A stretch of 64,000 nucleotides of DNA from an uncultured Acidobacteriota bacterium. Lineage in GTDB: Bacteria > Acidobacteriota > Terriglobia > Acidiferrales > UBA7541. The translations under genes were made by a program, and so were the position numbers. The notes beneath the pieces were generated by a model. It worked only from the letters and a program-made list of their open reading frames with translations. It was not told the DNA's origin and did no database searches. This document shows, one piece after another, positions 54,436-62,820 of the stretch (positions are counted from its first letter, which is position 1; every line of letters starts with the position of its first letter). The stretch covers positions 16,601 through 80,600 of the forward strand of contig CAWJGI010000034.1 of assembly GCA_963842255.1 (NCBI GenBank). Reading direction: 5' to 3'.

Positions 54436-54464
54436 AGTGTACATGGCCCAAGCGGTCAAGGCAA
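54436..54464 (-). promoter_or_regulatory. candidate sigma70-type promoter of the cys leader
   Basis: TTGCCT, a 17-nt spacer, then TACACT. The -10 element ends 7 nt before ATG 54428, so the leader peptide mRNA may be leaderless. Confidence 0.35.
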
Positions 54465-54797
54465 TAGGCAGAAATGGAACCATTTCTGTGTATGATTTCG
54501 TATGCCTACCACCGGGGCGCTATATGTTGGTGCGTAGTATTCCTCTAGAAGTGGCGATTTGTATCACCCATAAACAGAAATTTACCGCTTGCACACCGCT
54601 GGTGTTACTGCCCTAATAAAAGCTAACGGCAGGGTACTCAGCAAGCGTATGTCCAGCGATTTCCGAAGCCTGAACGGACACGCAAGTGTTCACGATCCCG
54701 TGCAGCGCAGTGGGTAGTGCCTACGCTTGATAATGCTCGCAGCGCGTGGGATGCTGAGCCGCTCGATTCGCGATCCTCAGATTGGAGGTTCTGGCCT

Positions 54798-55316
54798 GTG
54801 GTGAGTCACGTAAGAAGGCTTCTCTTACCGCTGCTGCTTTGTTCAGCCACTTTGGCTTTTGCCCAACAGCCGCCGGTTAATTCTCCGTTACTCGATCATC
54901 TCGCTGGGAGATGGGTGCTCCGGGGCACGATTGCAGGCCAAGACACCACACATGATGTCAACGCCGAGTGGGTTCTGGAACATCACTACCTGGTCATTCA
55001 CGAAGTGTCGCGTCAGAAGAACGGCAAAGGCGAACCGCAATATGAGGCCACGATCTACATTGCATGGAACGAAGCGACGAAGGAATACTCTTGCGTTTGG
55101 CTCGATGTTTACGGTGGCTTGACGACAGAATCGATTGGCGTCGCAAGCCCGAAGGAAAACGAACTATTTTTTGTTTTCAAGGATGAAAAGAGTGAAGTCA
55201 ATTTCAAGAACGATTTCGTTTATAACGCAAAAGCGAGCACTTGGGAGTGGCGCATGGATAATATTGCAAACGGCGTTGCAAAACCGTTCGGACGCGTCAC
55301 ACTTACCCACAACTAA
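54798..55316 (+). CDS. secreted hypothetical protein (possibly DUF1579-like)
   Basis: GTG at 54798 lies 9 nt after GGAGG. It has a signal peptide (LLLPLLLCSATLAFAQQ). Confidence 0.5.
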   Translation: MVSHVRRLLLPLLLCSATLAFAQQPPVNSPLLDHLAGRWVLRGTIAGQDTTHDVNAEWVLEHHYLVIHEVSRQKNGKGEPQYEATIYIAWNEATKEYSCVWLDVYGGLTTESIGVASPKENELFFVFKDEKSEVNFKNDFVYNAKASTWEWRMDNIANGVAKPFGRVTLTHN

Positions 55317-55753
55317 TCTTTTCGATTGTTATGCAATCAAGTGGAATCTAGACACCCTCTGGAAAGACGATCCGCGCCGCTTCCTCGACGCTCATATCGG
55401 CCGGCACCCAAAGAATGCAACAGAGCTTGTTGCTTCCTCTTGATTCGAACCATTCTGACCTCGAAGGTTTGTTAGGTTGCGATGATGGAGGCCCAAGATC
55501 GGAAACGCCACAACATTTTTCTCACGCGCTAACCACGCCTGCGTGCGCTCAGATTACCCGGAATCAGAACCGGCTTTAATTGCATTTCCGATAACCGTTC
55601 AAGCGCAACCGCCACAAAAGCGGGCTCAATCTCCATTGCAGGGGGCGTTCAGGGCGGCCCTTCACAGGGGCGATCCCTTCGAGACTTAGGGCGAGCAGGG
55701 CAGGGAGGGCGTCCGCCGCGGCGGGACGCCCTGCGAAAGGCAGGGGAGAAAGT

Positions 55754-56260
55754 TCAGTTGTGATGGACCCAGTTCGATTCCAGCTTTGGGGGGTGCAGGA
55801 GGGTTTGCATTACTACGCAATAGAGTTCGGTTTTTTCTTGCAGGGCGGTGATTTGGGCGGGGGTGGCGTTGGGGGCGACGATGTCGAAATTCAGACGGAG
55901 GGTCTCGAAGCCGACGCGGGCGTCTTTTGATATGCCGAGGGTGCCGCGGAAATCCAAGTCTCCTTCGACGGAGACCTCAATGCGTTCCGTTGAGATGCCC
56001 ATGGACGCGGCCACCATCTGACAGGTGATTTGGGCGCAGGCGGCTAGGGCGCCGAGCAGGAGATCGCCGGAACAGGCACCGGCGCCGGGGCCACCGACGC
56101 CCTTATGGGCTTCGGCGTGGTAGAGGGCGCGGCCGATGTCAACCGAGCAAGACACTGGGACATCCGTCTGACTACCTTTCGCGCGGAGCGTGATTTGCGA
56201 GGCGTTTGGGTCGCTGCGGTATTGGTCTTTTAGAGGCTTTTGAAGCGATCGAAGATCCAT
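55754..56260 (-). CDS. OsmC/Ohr-family peroxiredoxin-like protein
   Basis: Starts at MDLRSLQ. It has the two conserved Cys contexts (GAGACSGDLLLGALAAC and ELYCVV). Confidence 0.85.
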   Translation of the reverse strand: MDLRSLQKPLKDQYRSDPNASQITLRAKGSQTDVPVSCSVDIGRALYHAEAHKGVGGPGAGACSGDLLLGALAACAQITCQMVAASMGISTERIEVSVEGDLDFRGTLGISKDARVGFETLRLNFDIVAPNATPAQITALQEKTELYCVVMQTLLHPPKLESNWVHHN

Positions 56261-56393
56261 GGGAACCTCGTTCTTTAAATCTTGTTCTTCAATTCCTGGC
56301 GATTTTTCGCCGGGCGCGCGGCTTTTGGGCCTCAGCCTGCCTTGAAGGCGCTGCACCTGCATGCTAGCATGCCTGCGTACTGGGAGAATTCTC

Positions 56394-56666
56394 ATGCCGA
56401 AATTCGTTATCGAACGCGAAGTCCCTGGAGCTGGAAATTTAACCGACGCGCAATGGCGGGAAATCTCCCAAAAGTCGGTCAACGTTCTGAAGGGAATGGG
56501 GCCTGAGATTCAGTGGCTCCATAGCTATGTGACGGGCGATAAGGTTTACTGCGTGTACCTCGCGCCGGATGAGGCGACGGTGCAAGAGCACGCGAAGCGC
56601 GTCGGGCTGCCTGCCAATCGCGTGTCCGCGGTGCGACGACTGCTTGACCCGGCGAGCGCGGAATGA
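56394..56666 (+). CDS. DUF4242 (SCO4226-like nickel-binding) small protein
   Basis: MPKFVIEREVPGAGNLTDAQWREISQKS..GDKVYCVYLAPDEATVQEHAKRVGLPANRV. Confidence 0.6.
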   Translation: MPKFVIEREVPGAGNLTDAQWREISQKSVNVLKGMGPEIQWLHSYVTGDKVYCVYLAPDEATVQEHAKRVGLPANRVSAVRRLLDPASAE

Positions 56667-56749
56667 CTGCCGGCTGAAACTTTCGGCGGTGGGCGGAATT
56701 CGTTCGGGATGCGCGTCGGGTAGCGCGGGGGCGCGCGCGGGCGCTAACA

Positions 56750-59700
56750 TTAGTGGGATGCCGTTTCGGGACTGAGCACGCCCTCGATCGCTTTTTCGAC
56801 GGGCATTGACCAACCTTCCAACCAAGCCGTCGCGCCTGATGTATGGGTCAATGCCTGGCGCGCCGGACCCAAAGTGGCTTCGAGCTTCGACTGCTCCGCA
56901 GGCGTGAGCGGGGCACCGATATTTTGACGGAGGACTGCCGCGGCGCCTGCGAGCCGCAGCGAACGCTCGGCTTGGAGTTGAACGGCCGCCAAGCACGCGA
57001 AACACTCGAGCAGACGGGCGATTCCGCGCTGATGTTGGAGCTCCTGAAAAATTTTCAGGCTTTCGCGGTAGAGAGAGAGCGCTGTGGCGCAATCGCGCTG
57101 CTCCCTTGCCAACGTTCCCAGATCACCCAACGTGGCGGCAATGCCCCAGCGGTCACCGAGCTCACGAAAAATTGCGAGGCCCTGTTCGTAGAACGTCCGC
57201 GCGGGGGCGGAGTCGCCTTGATCTCGAGCGACATCGCCCTGAGAGTTTAGCGACCAGGCGACGCCGGTGCGATCGCCGAGTTCCTGGAAAATGGAGAGAC
57301 ATTCAGCGTATAGAGAATGAGCGCGGGCGAAGTCGCCCTGCAGTCTGACGACGCTCGCCAGGTTACTGAGAGAGCGAGCGACAGCCTTCCGATCACCCAA
57401 ATCTCTCCACAGAGAGAGGCTCTCTTCGAAGAGAGAGTGCGCGAGTGAGACGTCGCCGGAGTCGCGAGCTTGGACTGCGAGCGCGTTCAGAGAGACGGCG
57501 ACGCCCTGGTTGTCACCCAACTCACGCGCGATGCTAAGGCTTTCGCCGGTGAGCGCATTTGCGGAGGCGTAATCACCCTGCTCGAGCGCGAGAACGCCCG
57601 CGGCAAAGAGAGCGCGCTCTCGGGCTTTGGTGGGAGCTGCCGCTCCCGGAATTTTCAGGAGCTTGCCTAGGCGGTCCCTGCCTTCGGCGAGATACTCGCG
57701 CATCTCCCAGAAACGAAACAGGGCCGTGCCGAGACGCAGGCCCCAGTCGGTGTTTCCGGTTTCCGTGAGCCACTCGAGTGCCGCGCGAAAATTGTCGTGT
57801 TCCAATGCGAAGCGTTCGAGCCAGGCCGCCGATTCGGCGCCGCTCTGCTCGGTAGCTTGCTCTTCGGCCAAAACGAGGCAGTAGGCGGCATGGGAGCGCT
57901 TCGTCGAGGCGTCCTCGCCGCTTGCTTCGAGTTTTTCGAGAGCGTATTCGCGAATCGTTTCCAGCATGACGAAGCGCGATTCGCCGTTTGCTTGCTCGAC
58001 CTGCTGCACGAGACTCTTGTCCACCATGGAGGCCATGCCGTCGAGCAGGTCCAGAGCAAGATCGGCGTTGGTGTCGCAGACCGCTTCGACGCCCTCGAGA
58101 GTGCAGCCCCGGACGAACACCGATAATCTGCGGAGAAGCTTTTGCTCGGCGGCGGTGAGCAAATCGTAGCTCCAGTCTATGGCGGCACGGAGCGTTTGCT
58201 GGCGCTGCGGGAGGTCGCGCGCGCCGCCTGTCAATAGCTGCAAGCGGCTCGCGAGGCGTGTCTGCAAGGAAGAGAGCGAGAGAACCTTGATGCGGGCCGC
58301 GGCGAGCTCGATCGCGAGAGGCAGACCGTCGAGCCGGGCGCAAATTTCGGTGACGGCGGGCGCGTTTTCAAGGTTGAGTTCAAAATCCGGCTTGACTGCG
58401 ACGGCGCGCTGCACGAAGAGTGCGACGGCGGGGTACTGCGATAGGACGTCAATCGGAGGCATGGAGCGCGAATCCGGCAGCGCCAGCGGGGGCACCGGGA
58501 ATTCGTGTTCGCCGTAGACGTGCAGAGCCGCGCGACTCGTTATTAGAATTTTGAGATTGGGACCCATCGCCAGGAGTTCGGTGAGGATTGGCGCCGCTTG
58601 AATCAAGTGTTCGAAATTGTCGAGCAGGAGAAGCATTGGCGCGCGCGATGAATCCTGTAAATTCTTCTTGAGGATTTCCAGCGGCGACTGGCCTCCGGCC
58701 TCACGGATGCCCAACGTCTGAACGATTACGGAAGCGATCAAGCCCGGATCTTTCAGCGGGGAGAGCGGAACAAAATAAATTCCGCCTGGAAAGTTCTCGA
58801 CAAGGCCACTGGCCACCTGCACGGCAAGACGCGTTTTGCCGATCCCACCTGGACCCGTGACCGTGACCAGGCGCACATCCTGACGCAGCAGAAGTTTTTT
58901 GACGGCGGCTACTTCCTTTTCCCGGCCCACAAACCCGGTCTGCTGCATGGGAAGATTGCTCGGGCGGGGCTCCGACTGCTTGACTGGATTCTCGGAGAAG
59001 CGGTCGCGAATGGCGGCAAGTTCCTTCGCGAGATCGCGGGTAGAGACGTAGCGCTTATCGGGCTCTTTTGCCAGGCACCTCTCAATCACCCAGCACAGGG
59101 GCGCGGGAGCGTCGGCGGCCAGCGCTGCGATCGGTTCGGGTTCTTCGCGGAGAATGGCCATCAATGTCGCCGCCACCGTGCTTCTGCGGAAGGCACGCTT
59201 TCCGGTCACCATTTCGTAGAGGACCAAGCCGAACGAGAACTGGTCTGAACGGGTATCGAGGCGGCTACCGCTGGCTTGCTCCGGCGACATGTATTGCAGC
59301 GTACCTTCAAGACCCGGTAGCGACTGCGATTGGGAGAGAGTGCGAAAGTCCGAGAGCACGCCGACGGCCGGCGCGACCTTCGCCAAGCCAAAGTCGAGGA
59401 TCTTGACGAATCCATCTTGAGACAGCATCAGGTTCGCGGGTTTTAAGTCGCGATGCGCGATGCCGGAATCGTGGGCCTTGGCCAGCCCGTCGGCAACTTG
59501 GGCCGCGATTTCAATTGCTCTTCGCAATGGCAGCGGGCCGGCGAGAAGGAGGTCGCACAGCGTCTTGCCGTCTACCATCTCCATCGCAATGTAGCGAGTA
59601 GCGCCATCCTGTCCGAGCTCGTAAATGGTGACAATGTTGGGGTGATTGAGCGAAGAGGCGGACCGCGCTTCCCGCTCGAAGAGGCGCAATCGATCCGTGT

Positions 59701-59848
59701 CCACGGAGAATTCGGCGGGCAGAACCTTAATTGCAACACCGCGCTGGAGGCGTGTGTCGCGGGCGCGATAAACCTCGCCCATACCGCCCCGGCCGAGCAG
59801 AGTTTCGATCTCATATTGGCCGAGATGCGTGCCTGGAGGGAGAGGCAT
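56750..59848 (-). CDS. Ser/Thr protein kinase fused to a STAND (NB-ARC/AAA) NTPase and a TPR array
   Basis: The kinase part has GRGGMGEVYRARD, HRDLKPANLM and DFGLAK. It has a P-loop (VTGPGGIGKTRLA), a Walker B (LLLLDNFEH), and at least 8 TPR-like repeats with the recurring motif GD..G.A.SLN.LA. Confidence 0.9.
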   Translation of the reverse strand: MPLPPGTHLGQYEIETLLGRGGMGEVYRARDTRLQRGVAIKVLPAEFSVDTDRLRLFEREARSASSLNHPNIVTIYELGQDGATRYIAMEMVDGKTLCDLLLAGPLPLRRAIEIAAQVADGLAKAHDSGIAHRDLKPANLMLSQDGFVKILDFGLAKVAPAVGVLSDFRTLSQSQSLPGLEGTLQYMSPEQASGSRLDTRSDQFSFGLVLYEMVTGKRAFRRSTVAATLMAILREEPEPIAALAADAPAPLCWVIERCLAKEPDKRYVSTRDLAKELAAIRDRFSENPVKQSEPRPSNLPMQQTGFVGREKEVAAVKKLLLRQDVRLVTVTGPGGIGKTRLAVQVASGLVENFPGGIYFVPLSPLKDPGLIASVIVQTLGIREAGGQSPLEILKKNLQDSSRAPMLLLLDNFEHLIQAAPILTELLAMGPNLKILITSRAALHVYGEHEFPVPPLALPDSRSMPPIDVLSQYPAVALFVQRAVAVKPDFELNLENAPAVTEICARLDGLPLAIELAAARIKVLSLSSLQTRLASRLQLLTGGARDLPQRQQTLRAAIDWSYDLLTAAEQKLLRRLSVFVRGCTLEGVEAVCDTNADLALDLLDGMASMVDKSLVQQVEQANGESRFVMLETIREYALEKLEASGEDASTKRSHAAYCLVLAEEQATEQSGAESAAWLERFALEHDNFRAALEWLTETGNTDWGLRLGTALFRFWEMREYLAEGRDRLGKLLKIPGAAAPTKARERALFAAGVLALEQGDYASANALTGESLSIARELGDNQGVAVSLNALAVQARDSGDVSLAHSLFEESLSLWRDLGDRKAVARSLSNLASVVRLQGDFARAHSLYAECLSIFQELGDRTGVAWSLNSQGDVARDQGDSAPARTFYEQGLAIFRELGDRWGIAATLGDLGTLAREQRDCATALSLYRESLKIFQELQHQRGIARLLECFACLAAVQLQAERSLRLAGAAAVLRQNIGAPLTPAEQSKLEATLGPARQALTHTSGATAWLEGWSMPVEKAIEGVLSPETASH

Positions 59849-60227
59849 ACGTGGCCAGGATTATACCCTTGGAAATACCCTTTCACAGTCGAACATCGTC
59901 CGCCGTCATCCACACGAGGCTCTCAAGAAAATCGGCTACGTCAACCCGTTTACTGAAACCCACAAGGCGGGAAATCATGCATTCCGCCGCTTCCGCAACA
60001 CGTACCTTCGGAACTACACGGCATGCCCGGATGGACTCATTAAATTCTGGTTGGGTCACGCGCACATAGACATGACGGACCGCTACGACAAAATCAGAGA
60101 GGATACGGCTTTCCGGAAAGACGTCGCCGAACGGTGTGGCTTCGGCTTCAAATTGCCTGGAATGGTACCGAATGTACCTAATTGTGTTGAAGAAACCGAA
60201 GTGGAAAACGTAGTACAAGTCATTTAG
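59829..60227 (+). pseudogene. tyrosine recombinase/integrase, C-terminal remnant
   Basis: Contains ..GNHAFRRFRNTYLRN...LIKFWLGHAHIDMTDRYDKI.. (HxxR, GH and catalytic Y). The N-terminal two thirds are missing. The 5' end abuts or overlaps the kinase gene start, and the 3' end is 22 nt from a tRNA fragment. Confidence 0.7.
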
Positions 60228-60249
60228 TATCGGGGGACTACGATAATGC

Positions 60250-60291
60250 GCGCCCGTAGCTCAGCTGGATAGAGCATCTGGCTTCGAACCA
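60250..60291 (+). tRNA. 5' fragment of a tRNA-Arg(UCG)-like gene, disrupted in the anticodon stem
   Basis: GCGCCCG-TA-GCTC-AGCTGGATA-GAGC-A-TCTGG-CTTCGAA-CCA. The acceptor, D arm and anticodon loop are intact. The 3' anticodon stem stops after CCA where the IS21 end begins. I found no T arm or 3' acceptor anywhere downstream. Confidence 0.6.
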
Positions 60292-60313
60292 TGGCAGTAC
60301 AAAATCTAAGCCG

Positions 60314-61738
60314 TTGAATTGGCTTAAGTTCCCCTGTGCAGCCCTCTCATTAAGTGCGCTACGATTTGCGCTACAACGGAAACCGCACTTGGCCCGTCTG
60401 GCGGGAGTTTCCCTGTGCTCTGTTAAGCGCATTGCGGAGGAAGTTCCGGTGGTTCATGTCGATGATGCCGCGGAGCGAGAGAAGCGGCGGATCGGCAGAC
60501 CCAGTATCGTTGAGGATTTCCGGAAGGCCGTTGTAAAGATACTGGAAGAGAAACCCAACCTGCCTTCTCTGGAGATCCTTCGCCGAGTTCGGGAAGCAGG
60601 CTACCAGGGAGGCAAGACCGCCTTGTACGCTCTGGTGGCCTCGGTTCGTCCGAAAGAGATAAAGCCACTGATTCGTTTCGAAGGTCTGCCTGGAGAATTT
60701 AGTCAACACGACTTCGGCGAAATAGACGTTGCTTTTCTCGACGGGTCGACTCGTCACCTTCACTTTTTCGCCTCTCGCCTGAAGTACTCCCGATTTATCT
60801 GCGTCAGTGTGGTGAAGGACCAGGCCGTGGAGAGCTTGGTGCGCAATCTGGCCGAACATCTCGACCGTTGGGGTGGAGCTCCGCTGATGTGCGTGTTCGA
60901 TCGGCCGAAGACCGTCGCCTTGAAGTGGCAGAGAAACGGCGAGGTTACGGAATGGAATCCGGTCTTCGCTTACGTCATGCTCGAGCTGGGCATCGGGGTG
61001 GAGTTGTGTTGGCCTCATAGCCCGCGGCAAAAAGGTTCCGTTGAGAACCTGGTAGGTTTCGTAAAATCTTCCTTCTTCAAAGTACGAAGGTTCCACGATC
61101 CAGAGGATCTCGAGCAGCAGCTCGTCGCCTGGCATCGCGAAGTGAATCATGAGCGTCCGTGCCGCGCGACGGGCATAGTCCCCGTTGTGCGTCTTGTCGA
61201 AGAGGCCTCCAGACTTCGTTGCCTGAAGGTGCACCCAAAAGATCTAGCGCTTCGCATTCCTGTCTATGTAGGCCCGACGGGCACCGTTCTGCATGATGGC
61301 CATCCCTACTCCATGCCTCCCGAGGCCATTAGCATGCCCGCGACGCTGTACTTGTACGCCGATCGCGTACGCATTGTGGCGGGCAGATATGAAGTCAACC
61401 ATCCGCGGAAATTCGTTGCCCACGAGGGCTCTACGCTAGCGGCGCATCGCGCGGCCCTGGTGGCGGCGGTATCGGGTAAGCGCGGCAAGCGTTATCTGAA
61501 GCGCCAGCAGTTGCTCGAACTCGGAGAGCCTGCTTTCCTCTACCTCACCGAGATCGTTCACCGCCGGCCTGGGCAGTGGTTCCACGATGTGGATCGACTG
61601 CACGACGTTCTACAGAGCCATGGAGCTGAAGTTCTTCGCCGCGCCATGGAACAGGGACTGCAAGAGCAAGTTTTTGGTGCCATCTACATCGAGCGTTTTC
61701 TTCAGCGTTCACTCGTCTTCCAGGAGGAGATTTCATGA
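60314..61738 (+). CDS. istA: IS21-family transposase IstA
   Basis: Has an HTH (LARLAGVSLCSVKRIAEE) and a DDE core (SQHDFGE...FASRLKYSRF...DRPKT...PRQKGSVEN). The TTG start means the N-terminus is uncertain. Confidence 0.9.
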   Translation: MNWLKFPCAALSLSALRFALQRKPHLARLAGVSLCSVKRIAEEVPVVHVDDAAEREKRRIGRPSIVEDFRKAVVKILEEKPNLPSLEILRRVREAGYQGGKTALYALVASVRPKEIKPLIRFEGLPGEFSQHDFGEIDVAFLDGSTRHLHFFASRLKYSRFICVSVVKDQAVESLVRNLAEHLDRWGGAPLMCVFDRPKTVALKWQRNGEVTEWNPVFAYVMLELGIGVELCWPHSPRQKGSVENLVGFVKSSFFKVRRFHDPEDLEQQLVAWHREVNHERPCRATGIVPVVRLVEEASRLRCLKVHPKDLALRIPVYVGPTGTVLHDGHPYSMPPEAISMPATLYLYADRVRIVAGRYEVNHPRKFVAHEGSTLAAHRAALVAAVSGKRGKRYLKRQQLLELGEPAFLYLTEIVHRRPGQWFHDVDRLHDVLQSHGAEVLRRAMEQGLQEQVFGAIYIERFLQRSLVFQEEIS

Positions 61739-62607
61739 AAAAAGAACAGGCTAAGAAAAATCCGCGTGATGCGTCGATGACCACAAAGCAGGACGATAAC
61801 ACTCTGAAGAGCCTGGAACTCTCCGAAGGCCAGCTGGAGGTGCATTTCCGGCGTCTGAATCTGGCGCACACGCGCCGGATTTACAAGGAGGTCGCTGATC
61901 GAGCGGAAAAGGAAAGTTGGTCGTATCGAGACTTCCTGGCTCTGTTACTGGCCGAAGAAGTGGCACGTAGGAAACAGACGCGACTGCAGCGTTGTACGCG
62001 AAGCGCGCACTTCCCGTTCTTCAAAACCATCGACGAGTTCGATTTTACGCTGCAGTCGACACTCCGGGAATCGGTGATCGGCTCCTACCTCGGACTGGAC
62101 TTCGTCACCGAGGGTCGGTCGGTGATCCTGCACGGAAAGGCCGGCAGAGGGAAAACCCATCTGGCGGTGGCCATCGGGTACCGCGCCATCCAAAACGGCT
62201 TCGAGACTCTTTTCACCACGGCGGCGGAACTCATTGAGGACCTCTCGAACGCCAGCAAGCGTGGAAATCTCCAGGAGTCGCTGGCAACCTACACGCACCC
62301 TCACGCCCTCATTATCGACGAGGTCGGAGATCTGACCTACGGGCCCGACGCTGCCAACGTGCTCTTCCATGTGGTGAACGATCGGCACCTGCGGAAGCGG
62401 CCGATGATCTTCACAACCAACAAGCCACTGAATGAGTGGGGAAAAGTATTACACGACGAAGATATGGCCGCGGCCATCCTCGATCGGGTTCTCGAGCGCG
62501 GACGCTTTATTCACCTCGATGGACCCTCGGGGAGAACCCGTCATCTCAACCTGGAAGAGAACTTCAATCATCGAGGGTTACGGTGTCGCTTTGGCGCGGG
62601 TTCTTGA
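61735..62607 (+). CDS. istB: IS21-family helper ATPase IstB
   Basis: Has a Walker A (GKAGRGKTHLA), a Walker B (LIIDEVG) and the motif AAILDRVLERG. Confidence 0.9.
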   Translation: MKKEQAKKNPRDASMTTKQDDNTLKSLELSEGQLEVHFRRLNLAHTRRIYKEVADRAEKESWSYRDFLALLLAEEVARRKQTRLQRCTRSAHFPFFKTIDEFDFTLQSTLRESVIGSYLGLDFVTEGRSVILHGKAGRGKTHLAVAIGYRAIQNGFETLFTTAAELIEDLSNASKRGNLQESLATYTHPHALIIDEVGDLTYGPDAANVLFHVVNDRHLRKRPMIFTTNKPLNEWGKVLHDEDMAAAILDRVLERGRFIHLDGPSGRTRHLNLEENFNHRGLRCRFGAGS

Positions 62608-62820
62608 CAGTTGCAAACTCTATGCCGGGAGCCACTCACAAGCCGAGTCAAATCTATAAATTCGCGGTCTTTCGGCTCCTAGCACCCAGATGTCGGCTCA
62701 GCTGGTTCGAAGCCTTCTGCAGCCTTTTGGACCACCGCTACCTGCCATCTGGCGGATAGCCCGAACCCGCCTAGAGAACATACTTGGGACGTCCGGCGTT
62801 TTTATGTGGCGTCTGTAATC

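Larger units (their letters stand above)
60292..62747 (+). mobile_element. IS21-family insertion sequence (istA-istB); ends tentative
   Basis: The istA and istB genes overlap (ATGA). Candidate termini are TGGCAGTA (60292) and TACCTGCCA (62739-62747, reverse complement TGGCAGGTA). The resulting size of ~2.46 kb fits the family. No target duplication is seen. Confidence 0.65.

Noticed and set aside
54233-54440. I considered whether the cysD leader is a SAM/SAH-type or other known riboswitch rather than a peptide attenuator.
   Set aside because: I found none of the conserved cores I know, for example the SAM-I GAGGGA...GGCCC...GCAACC elements. The Cys-rich ORF sits precisely between the competing helices, which explains the switch better. 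A ligand-binding RNA is not formally excluded.
60330-62615. I considered alternative IS21 termini, TGTGCAG (about 60337) paired with TGTCAAG (reverse complement at about 62610).
   Set aside because: Only about 10 of 24 positions match. The left site would also fall inside the istA helix-turn-helix coding region. The TGGCAG(G)TA pair at 60292/62747 is more consistent but is still tentative.
62680-62720. I considered a tRNA-like string, GGCTCAGCTGGTTCGAAGCC, to the right of istB as the missing half of the disrupted tRNA-Arg.
   Set aside because: It shares only the 10-mer GCTCAGCTGG (a D-loop-like string containing a CAGCTG palindrome) and TTCGAA with the fragment at 60250. It cannot form a T arm or an acceptor stem. 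It lies inside the tentative IS21 boundary.
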